A stretch of DNA of 44,896 bases from Myxococcaceae bacterium. GTDB lineage: Bacteria > Myxococcota_A > Polyangia > Polyangiales > Ga0077539. The position numbers and the translations under genes are program-made. The DNA lies in assembly GCA_028287085.1 (NCBI GenBank), contig JAQBQI010000389.1, positions 1 to 44,896 on the forward strand, read 5' to 3'. Position 1 is the stretch's first letter. Every line of letters starts with the position of its first letter. Positions 37,911 to 44,896 of the stretch are shown piece by piece. The notes below the pieces were generated by a model. It was not told the origin of the DNA and ran no database searches. It saw only the letters and a program-made list of their open reading frames with translations.

Positions 37911-38914
37911 ATCTGGAGCACGCCCGCCACCTCGCCGAAGAGCGCGCGGGCAAGCTCGCGAGCGACACCGTCGCCTTCTACAAGCGCAAGCTCGGCGTGG
38001 TGCTCGACGTGCTCGGCGGAGCCTTCCTCCTCGTCAACTTCACCTCGGCGACCAGCGACCAGTACATCGCCACCCGCCGCGACGACGGCGTCTCCGACCA
38101 CACCATCTTCAAGGAGCTGCACGCCCTCAAGGGCGCCCTCTCCACCGCGCGTCGTGCACGCATCTGGTTCGGCCGCGTGGACGACGTGATGCCCGAGCGC
38201 TTCTCGGCCAACTACCAGCCGCGCACGCGGTTCCTCACGCTGGTCGAGGTGCAGCGCGTGATCGGCGAGCTCACCGTCGATCGCGCCGGCTGGGTCGCCC
38301 TCGCCGTCGGTGCTGGCGCCGAGCTCTCGGCCCTTCAGCAGGCCGAGCGCATCGACCTCGACCTCCCTCGCGGCCTCGTCCGCATCCGCGGGACCAAGAA
38401 CGCCCGCCGCGACCGCGAGGTCCCCCTCGTGCTGCCCGTCTGCCGGCAGCTCGTCGAGCACGCCTTCGCGTGGGGCCTCGGCTCCGAGGGGAAGCTCCTT
38501 CGCCCCTGGCCCATGAACTGGCGCGACCTCCAGGACGTCGCCCGCGACCTCGAGATCGAGGCCTTCTCGCTGCACTCGCTCCGGCACACCTTCGCCGCGT
38601 GGCACCTCGCCGAGGGCGTCTCGTGGGACGACGTCGCCCGCGCGCTGGGCCACGCCGACACCACGATGCTCCACCGCCTCTACGGCCACCTGAGCGGCGA
38701 GGCCCTCCGCGCTCGCCTCTTCCGCGCGCTCAACCCGGCCGAAACCAGCGCTCCGCATCTTCCCCGCGACGGGGCGCCGGGGGCGCGTCCAGCGCGTCCG
38801 GCGCGCTCCCCTTCAAATGACGAAAGCCCTTCTTGCGAAGGGCTTTCTGGGTACCGGCGGTCGGAATTGAACCAACGACCTTGGGATTATGATTCCCCTG
38901 CTCTAACCGACTGA
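37715..38914 (+). CDS. tyrosine recombinase / phage-type integrase
   Basis: The catalytic C-terminus is LHSLRHTFAAWHLAEGVSWDDVARALGHADTTMLHRLYGHL (R, HxxR and Y). The N-terminus is VATLRRKGPYWYLRDRSGG. GTG at 37715 is the first start where GC3 becomes high (the ORF opens at 37625). The ORF reads through the hairpin at 38822 and into the tRNA gene before its stop. Confidence 0.85.
   Translation: MATLRRKGPYWYLRDRSGGSDTEIATGCTDRKAAEVWLRQWERDRADPEGAARRAAAASTIQEAVDLEHARHLAEERAGKLASDTVAFYKRKLGVVLDVLGGAFLLVNFTSATSDQYIATRRDDGVSDHTIFKELHALKGALSTARRARIWFGRVDDVMPERFSANYQPRTRFLTLVEVQRVIGELTVDRAGWVALAVGAGAELSALQQAERIDLDLPRGLVRIRGTKNARRDREVPLVLPVCRQLVEHAFAWGLGSEGKLLRPWPMNWRDLQDVARDLEIEAFSLHSLRHTFAAWHLAEGVSWDDVARALGHADTTMLHRLYGHLSGEALRARLFRALNPAETSAPHLPRDGAPGARPARPARSPSNDESPSCEGLSGYRRSELNQRPWDYDSPALTD
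38822..38847 (-). terminator. perfect 11-bp stem-loop immediately 3' of the tRNA
   Basis: GAAAGCCCTTC-TTGC-GAAGGGCTTTC. On the minus strand it follows the tRNA 3' end by about 4 nt and is followed by GTCATTT. Confidence 0.5.
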
Positions 38915-38925
38915 GCTACACCGGC
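38852..38925 (-). tRNA. tRNA with CAU anticodon (elongator Met, or Ile2 if lysidine-modified)
   Basis: Minus strand GCCGGTG-TA-GCTC-AGTCGGTTA-GAGC-A-GGGGA-ATCATAA-TCCCA-AGGTC-GTTGG-TTCAATT-CCGAC-CGCCGGT-A folds as a 74-nt cloverleaf. There is U before CAT in the 7-nt loop, one G.A at the top of the anticodon stem, and G1-U72. The 3' tail is encoded as CCC, not CCA. Confidence 0.85.
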
Positions 38926-38937
38926 GTCGGGGCGCGC

Positions 38938-38965
38938 ACTCTACCGATCGTCGCGGGAGTGTCAA
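38938..38965 (-). promoter_or_regulatory. sigma70-type promoter for the tRNA
   Basis: On the minus strand, TTGACA (38965..38960), a 16-nt spacer and TAGAGT (38943..38938), with the -10 element ending 12 nt upstream of the mature tRNA 5' end. Confidence 0.5.
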
Positions 38966-39045
38966 CAACTTCCGCCGACCCGCGAGGCATTTTCGCGCCT
39001 ACCTGCGCCGCGGCCGATGGGGATATAACCGCCCGACCCCCACCG

Positions 39046-39705
39046 ATGAGCGACATCTCCCCGAACGATCGCGACCGGCTGCTCGAGCACTTCGGTCGCC
39101 GCTACGCCAACGGCGAGGTCATCTTCCGCGAGGGCGACGCCGCCCGCGAGGTCTTCATGCTCCAGGAGGGCCGCGTGCGCGTCGCCAAGCGCGTGCGCAA
39201 CGTCGAGCGCTCGATGCACATCCTCAAGCCCGGCGACCTCTTCGGCGAGGTCGCCCTCGTGCCCGCGTCGCTCCGCAACGGCAGCGCCTTCGCCCTCTCC
39301 GACGTCGTCGTGCTCGCCCTCGACCCCGACACCTTCACCCAGCTGCTCTCCGGCTCGCCCGCGGTCGCGACGCGCCTCGTGCAGCAGCTCGTGCGCCGCC
39401 TCCGCGACGCCGAAGACCAGCTCGAGAACGTGCTGCTCCGCGACCCCACCTCGAAGGTCGTCAACACGCTCCTCAAGCTCGCCGCCGAGACGGGCCGCAC
39501 CTCCGGCGGCGCGCAGATCGCCGTGTCGCCGCTCGAGCTCTCGGCCCGCGCTTCGCTCGACGTCGACGCGGTCAAGCGCGCGGTGCTCCAGCTGCGCGAG
39601 CTGCAGTACATCCGCATCGCCGAGGAGAAGGTCGCCATCGACGACATCGACGCACTCCGCCGCCTCTACACCCTGCTCGGCATGCAGGAACAAGTGCGCG
39701 GTTGA
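39046..39705 (+). CDS. Crp/Fnr-family transcriptional regulator
   Basis: cNMP-binding-type fold motifs GEVIFREGDAAREVFMLQEGRVRV and LKPGDLFGEVAL, plus a C-terminal HTH (SPLELSARASLDVDAVKRAVLQLRELQYI). I prefer the ATG at 39046, because the ORF's upstream part overlaps the tRNA promoter. Confidence 0.85.
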   Translation: MSDISPNDRDRLLEHFGRRYANGEVIFREGDAAREVFMLQEGRVRVAKRVRNVERSMHILKPGDLFGEVALVPASLRNGSAFALSDVVVLALDPDTFTQLLSGSPAVATRLVQQLVRRLRDAEDQLENVLLRDPTSKVVNTLLKLAAETGRTSGGAQIAVSPLELSARASLDVDAVKRAVLQLRELQYIRIAEEKVAIDDIDALRRLYTLLGMQEQVRG

Positions 39706-39720
39706 CCGCGCCCGCGGCCG

Positions 39721-39768
39721 GGAATTGTCAAATTCCTGGTTGACCCATCCCGAGGCCTTCGGTTAGAT
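39721..39768 (+). promoter_or_regulatory. inverted repeat plus promoter-like hexamers upstream of the TPR lipoprotein gene
   Basis: GGAATT-GTCA-AATTCC at 39721..39736, then TTGACC (39740..39745), a 17-nt spacer and TTAGAT (39763..39768). It lies between the Crp/Fnr gene and the start at 39801. Confidence 0.25.
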
Positions 39769-39800
39769 GCGGCGCTCTACGGCCGGGTCAGAAACGTGAC

Positions 39801-40637
39801 GTGATGCCTCTCAACGACATCGGTCGCCCGCTTCGCCGCCGTCCCTTCGCTTGCTTGATCGTCGGTTGGCTCGCGGTTGCAGGGTGGTCCTGCAGCGGCG
39901 TCAGTGAAGAAGCACACCTGCAATCACAGGCGGATTTGAACCTGGGACGCGCCATGTTCGCGGAAGAGCACAACGCCGAGGGGGCCATCCCCCACCTCGA
40001 GCGCGCCATCCGCCTCGACCCCGAGAACGCCGAGGCCCACGTCACCCTCGGGCTCGTGTTCGGCCAGCTCGGCTACTTCAACCGCGCCGAGGCCCCCCTG
40101 CGCCGCGCGGTCGAGCTCTTCACCGCGCAGTCGGTCAACAACGAGGCCCTGCGCTCGTCCCTCGCCGACGCCCGCAACTCCCTCGGCGTCGTGCTGATGA
40201 ACCTCGGCCGCTACGACGACGCGCTGCCCATCCTCCGGCTCGCCACCGAGGAGATCACCTACGGCAGCCAGCACCTCGCGCTCGGCAACTACGGCCTCGC
40301 CCTCATCCACCGCCAGCGCTACCCCGAGGCCATCGAGGTGCTCCAGCGCGCGGTGCGCCGGCAGCCCACCTTCTGCGTCGGCAACGCGCGCCTCGGCGAG
40401 GCCTACGCCCGCGCCAACGACGCCGCCCACGCCGTCGAGGCCCTCGACCGCGCCATCGCGACCACCGTCGCCGGGTGCGACCAGGTCCAGGTCGCCTTCC
40501 TCTGGCGCGCCAAGGCGCGCATCGAACTTCACCAACCAGACGCCGCGCGGGAAGACCTCCAGCGCTGCATCACCCTCGGCGCCACCACGCCCGAGGGCCA
40601 GGAGTGCGCGTCGCTCGGAAGGTCCGTGGCCCCATGA
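39801..40637 (+). CDS. TPR-repeat lipoprotein, PilF/PilW-like
   Basis: Signal/lipobox-like FACLIVGWLAVAGWSCSG followed by several TPR units (AEAHVTLGLVFGQLGYFNRAEAPLRRAVEL and others). Start is GTG at 39801 or ATG at 39804. Confidence 0.75.
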   Translation: MMPLNDIGRPLRRRPFACLIVGWLAVAGWSCSGVSEEAHLQSQADLNLGRAMFAEEHNAEGAIPHLERAIRLDPENAEAHVTLGLVFGQLGYFNRAEAPLRRAVELFTAQSVNNEALRSSLADARNSLGVVLMNLGRYDDALPILRLATEEITYGSQHLALGNYGLALIHRQRYPEAIEVLQRAVRRQPTFCVGNARLGEAYARANDAAHAVEALDRAIATTVAGCDQVQVAFLWRAKARIELHQPDAAREDLQRCITLGATTPEGQECASLGRSVAP

Positions 40638-40680
40638 GCGCGCGTCTGGTCAACCCTCACCATCCCGCACCGAGGTGTTG

Positions 40681-41109
40681 ATGGAACCCATCGGGACATT
40701 CCTCCGGCGCGAGCGCGAAGACCGCGGCCTCTCCCTCGACGAGATCGCCGACGTCACCCGCATCCCGTCGCAGTCCCTCGCCCTCCTCGAAGAAGGGCGC
40801 TTCGAGTCCCTCCCCGGCGACCCCTTCGTGCGCGGCTTCCTCCGCGCCTACGCCCGCGCCCTCGGCGTCAAGACCGACGACGTCCTCGCCCGCTACTCCA
40901 TCGAGGTGCGGCTCCGCGACGTGCTCCCGCTGCCGCCCCGCGCGCTCGACGACAGCGACGCCCGCGGCCGCCGCTTCGGCCTCGCCATCGCCCTCGTCGT
41001 CTTCGCCGTGCTCGCCACGCTCGCGATGTCCTTCCTCCTCCGCCCCCGCGTGCAGGACCGCCCCGAGCAGCTCTCCGGCCGCACCGTGCACCGCCTCCCC
41101 GCGGTGTGA
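40681..41109 (+). CDS. RodZ-like HTH membrane protein (short form)
   Basis: IGTFLRREREDRGLSLDEIADVTRIPSQSLALLEEGRFESLPGDPFVRGFLRAYARALGV matches the RodZ/HTH_25 N-terminal pattern. It has a single TM segment FGLAIALVVFAVLATLAMSFLL. The ATG at 40681 has AGG upstream (the ORF opens with GTG at 40675). Confidence 0.7.
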   Translation: MEPIGTFLRREREDRGLSLDEIADVTRIPSQSLALLEEGRFESLPGDPFVRGFLRAYARALGVKTDDVLARYSIEVRLRDVLPLPPRALDDSDARGRRFGLAIALVVFAVLATLAMSFLLRPRVQDRPEQLSGRTVHRLPAV

Positions 41110-41834
41110 CCGAGCACTCCGCCCGCGCCTTCGTCCTCGACCGCCGCCCCCACCGCGAGCAAGACCTCCGCGTCACCCTGCTCACCGAGCACGGCGCCCG
41201 CGTCGACCCCATCGCCCTCAACGGCCAGCGCTCCACCCGCCGCTTCATGGGCGGCCTCACCCCGCTCGCGCTTTACCGGGTCAGGTATACCGTCAGCGCC
41301 CGCGGCGCCCGCCTCGACGAGGCCGTCGTCGACCGGGTCTGGCCCGCCCTCGCCCGCGGCCTGCGCTCGCAGACCGCCGCCCTCGCCGCCACCGGCATCG
41401 TGCGCGCGGTGGCCGAGCCCACCCCCCACGACGGCGCGCTCTTCCTCCTGCTCGGCGAGCTCTACACCGCCGCCGCCGCCAGCGACGACCGCGACGCCCT
41501 CGCCGCCCGCCTCGTGCGCTTCGCCTTCGAGGTGCTCGACCACACCGGCCACGCCATCGCCCTCGACCGCTGCGTGCGCTGCGACGCCCCCGCGCCCGAC
41601 AACGCGCGCGTCACCCTCGACCCGCACCTCGGCGGGCTCGTCTGCCGGCAGTGCGGCGGCGGCCCCTACGCGATGTCCGCCGCCGACCGCGCCGACCTGC
41701 GCGCCGTGCGCGCCGGCGACTACGCCCGCGGCCGCGCCGAGATGCTCCGCTGGACGGCGCGCATCATCGAGGGCGTGTCGGTCGACGCCGCGGGCTCGAT
41801 CGCCACCGTCGTCGACCACTTCGACCCGCGCTGA
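41106..41834 (+). CDS. recO: DNA repair protein RecO
   Basis: N-terminal OB-fold pattern ARAFVLDRRPHREQDLRVTLLTEHG and a Cys4 zinc motif CVRCDAP...LVCRQCGG. The GTG at 41106 overlaps the upstream TGA (GTGA). Confidence 0.85.
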   Translation: MTEHSARAFVLDRRPHREQDLRVTLLTEHGARVDPIALNGQRSTRRFMGGLTPLALYRVRYTVSARGARLDEAVVDRVWPALARGLRSQTAALAATGIVRAVAEPTPHDGALFLLLGELYTAAAASDDRDALAARLVRFAFEVLDHTGHAIALDRCVRCDAPAPDNARVTLDPHLGGLVCRQCGGGPYAMSAADRADLRAVRAGDYARGRAEMLRWTARIIEGVSVDAAGSIATVVDHFDPR

Positions 41835-41838
41835 CCGC

Positions 41839-43299
41839 TCACCCCCACTCGGCCGGCGGAACCCACCCCGCGAGCGCCTCCTCCAGCGCCACCGCCACCG
41901 CGATGGGGACGTGGTCCTGCCCGCGCGGGCCGATGACCTGCACGCCGAGCGGCAGCGCCCGCGCGTCGAGCCCGAGCGGCACCTGCGTCACCGGAACCTC
42001 CAGCACGTTGAACACCCCCGTGAAGCCCGCGTCGGCGAAGCGCGGCAGCGCCGCGTGGTGCTTCGGCGCCACCCGCGGGTGCGACGGGAAGAGCATCACG
42101 TCGTGCGCCCCGAGCAGCCCGTCGACGCGCCCGCGCAGCCGCTCGATGCGCGCGTTCATCGTCAGCAGCCGCGTCGAGAGCAGGTAGGGCAGGTGCTCGA
42201 CCAGCGCGAGGCTCAGCGCGGGCAGCGTGAAGTCCGAGCGCCCCGCGATCGACATGGGCAGCTCGCGCAGCACCTCGCGCGTGGTCATCGCCGCGCCGTC
42301 GCGGCCCAGCAGCGACGCGAAGCTCACGTCGTTGCGCGAGTGCATCGCCGCGCTCCACAGCTCGAAGGCGTCGGAGAGGCCCGGCACCGAGGTCTTCACC
42401 ACGCGGGCGCCGCGGCGCGCGAGGGCCTGCACCGCGGCCTCCTGCGCGTCGAGCAGCGCCGCCTCGATGGGGAAGCGCTGGAGGCTCTTGTCGTCGCGGA
42501 CGTCGTGCACGGTCATCGCGGCGAGGTCGACCTCGGCCGGGTCGCCCAGGTGCATCGGCCGACACATCGGGTCGCCCGCGTCGGGCCCCGCCAGCAGCCG
42601 CAGCAGCGGCATCAGGTCGCGCGCGCTGCGCGTCAGCGGACCGGTCGACAGCATCAGCGCCGCGGCCCCCATCGCCTGCGGGTACTGCCCGCTGCCGGGC
42701 ACCAGGCCCCCCGAGGGCTTGTGCCCGAACACGCCGTTGAAGAAGGCCGGCATGCGGATCGATCCGCCGATGTCGGAGCCGAGGCCGAAGGGCGACGCGC
42801 CGCTGCCGACCATGGCCCCCTCGCCGCCGGAGCTTCCGCCCGAGGTGCGCCCGCTGTCGTAGGCGCTCGTCGTGCGGCCGTAGACGCGGTTGACCGACTC
42901 CATCCACATGCAGAGCTCGGAGGTGTTGGTCACCCCCATCACGATGGCGCCCGCCGCGCGCAGGCGGCGCACCGTCACCGCGTCGGTCGTCGCGCGCACG
43001 TCGCGGCGCGAGACCAGCCCCGCCGTCCACGGCATGCCCGTCACCGCGAAGGACTCCTTGATGGTGCACGGAACACCGTGCAGCAGCGGGAGGTTCTCGG
43101 GGTCGCGGGCGAGCCGGGCGTCGGCGGCGTCGGCCTCGGCGCGCGCGTCGTCGAAGCGGTCGCGCACCATCGCGTTGAGCCGCGGGTTCACCCGGCGCAC
43201 CCAGGCGATGTGCGACTCGACCACCTCCCGGCTGCTCGCGCGGCCCGTGCGGATCATCGTGGCAAGGTCGAGGGCGGAGCAGCGGTGGAGCTCGTTCAC
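41839..43299 (-). CDS. amidase-signature family amidase
   Basis: Gly/Ser-rich signature GRTSGGSSGGEGAMVGSGASPFGLGSDIGGSIRMPA. The N-terminus DLATMIRTGRASSREVVESHIAWVRRVNPRLNA is typical of the family. Confidence 0.9.
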   Translation of the reverse strand: MNELHRCSALDLATMIRTGRASSREVVESHIAWVRRVNPRLNAMVRDRFDDARAEADAADARLARDPENLPLLHGVPCTIKESFAVTGMPWTAGLVSRRDVRATTDAVTVRRLRAAGAIVMGVTNTSELCMWMESVNRVYGRTTSAYDSGRTSGGSSGGEGAMVGSGASPFGLGSDIGGSIRMPAFFNGVFGHKPSGGLVPGSGQYPQAMGAAALMLSTGPLTRSARDLMPLLRLLAGPDAGDPMCRPMHLGDPAEVDLAAMTVHDVRDDKSLQRFPIEAALLDAQEAAVQALARRGARVVKTSVPGLSDAFELWSAAMHSRNDVSFASLLGRDGAAMTTREVLRELPMSIAGRSDFTLPALSLALVEHLPYLLSTRLLTMNARIERLRGRVDGLLGAHDVMLFPSHPRVAPKHHAALPRFADAGFTGVFNVLEVPVTQVPLGLDARALPLGVQVIGPRGQDHVPIAVAVALEEALAGWVPPAEWG

Positions 43300-43462
43300 G
43301 GTGGGCTAACGCCGACGTTTCCGCGAGGTAGCGCGCCGCGTCAAGCACCGCGGGCTTACCCCTGCCGGTATTCCCCAGCGCCGCCCCGCCGAATGCGCGC
43401 GACCGCGCGTCGGACGCCTTGACCCCCCGCACGGAACCCGACTACACCCCGCAGCCGATTCC

Positions 43463-44767
<1,305 letters not shown>

Positions 44768-44774
44768 GAGCCCC

Positions 44775-44896
44775 ATGCGACCGCTCCCCTCCGCCGCGAC
44801 CGGGGCCCTGTGCCTCGCCCTGGGCCTCAGCGCCGCCACCGCCCGCGCCCAGACCGGCGCCGCCGCCGACCCTCCCGCCGAGCCCGCCGCCGCGGC
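44775..44896 (+). CDS. 5' end of a secreted protein (partial, runs off the window)
   Basis: The ATG at 44775 gives MRPLPSAATGALCLALGLSAATARAQTG, a signal-peptide-like sequence with an A-x-A cleavage motif, and the ORF is open to the window end. Confidence 0.4.
   Translation, partial: MRPLPSAATGALCLALGLSAATARAQTGAAADPPAEPAAA

Larger units (their letters stand above)
31433..38925. mobile_element. putative tRNA-linked integrative element, about 7.4 kb minimum; left border not located
   Basis: A tyrosine integrase abuts the 3' end of tRNA(CAU). The block also has an Xis-like HTH gene, an XRE regulator, a replication-like gene with flanking iterons, a cargo ATPase-nuclease, and AT-richer intergenic regions. 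I found no second att copy by eye. Confidence 0.45.

Noticed and set aside
38852-38925. Initiator tRNA-fMet assignment for the CAU tRNA
   Set aside because: Positions 1-72 pair (G-U) instead of the C-A mismatch of initiators. The three G-C pairs are not adjacent to the anticodon loop (the closing pair is A-U). It is an elongator Met or Ile2-type tRNA.

Overview
This is a high-GC (about 70%) bacterial chromosomal window. The composition, a Cys-rich repeat lipoprotein and WG-repeat proteins suggest a Myxococcota-like genome, but that is inference. Nearly all calls rest on motif reading of the supplied ORF translations plus third-position GC and start/stop geometry; no database search was possible.

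Contents from left to right:
1. 1-13.5 kb, minus strand: two tandem bacterial dynamin-like GTPases, a membrane-anchored helical protein, a large SNF2 helicase with a novel N-terminal extension, and a low-GC type ISP/YeeA-like N6-adenine methyltransferase. This is my best candidate for an undescribed defence-type system.
2. 14.1-25.5 kb, plus strand: nine tightly coupled genes. These are a large helical protein, a DUF2325-like protein, an NAD-epimerase, a glycosyltransferase fused to radical SAM, a WG-repeat domain fused to a class II aldolase, a histidine phosphatase, a carbamoyltransferase and two more SPASM radical SAM enzymes. This looks like an orphan sugar-type biosynthetic cluster.
3. 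25.5-31.2 kb, minus strand: four genes of unknown function (Cys-rich lipoprotein, two unknowns with an unresolved frame switch, TPR protein).
4. 31.4-38.9 kb: a compact tRNA-linked integrative element. It carries an XRE regulator, a replication-like gene flanked by GTGGAA iterons, an AAA/PD-(D/E)xK cargo gene, an Xis-like HTH gene and a tyrosine integrase, and it abuts tRNA(CAU).
5. 39-44.9 kb: ordinary housekeeping genes (Crp/Fnr regulator, PilF-like TPR lipoprotein, short RodZ-like protein, recO, amidase, hisS).

No CRISPR array or rRNA was seen.
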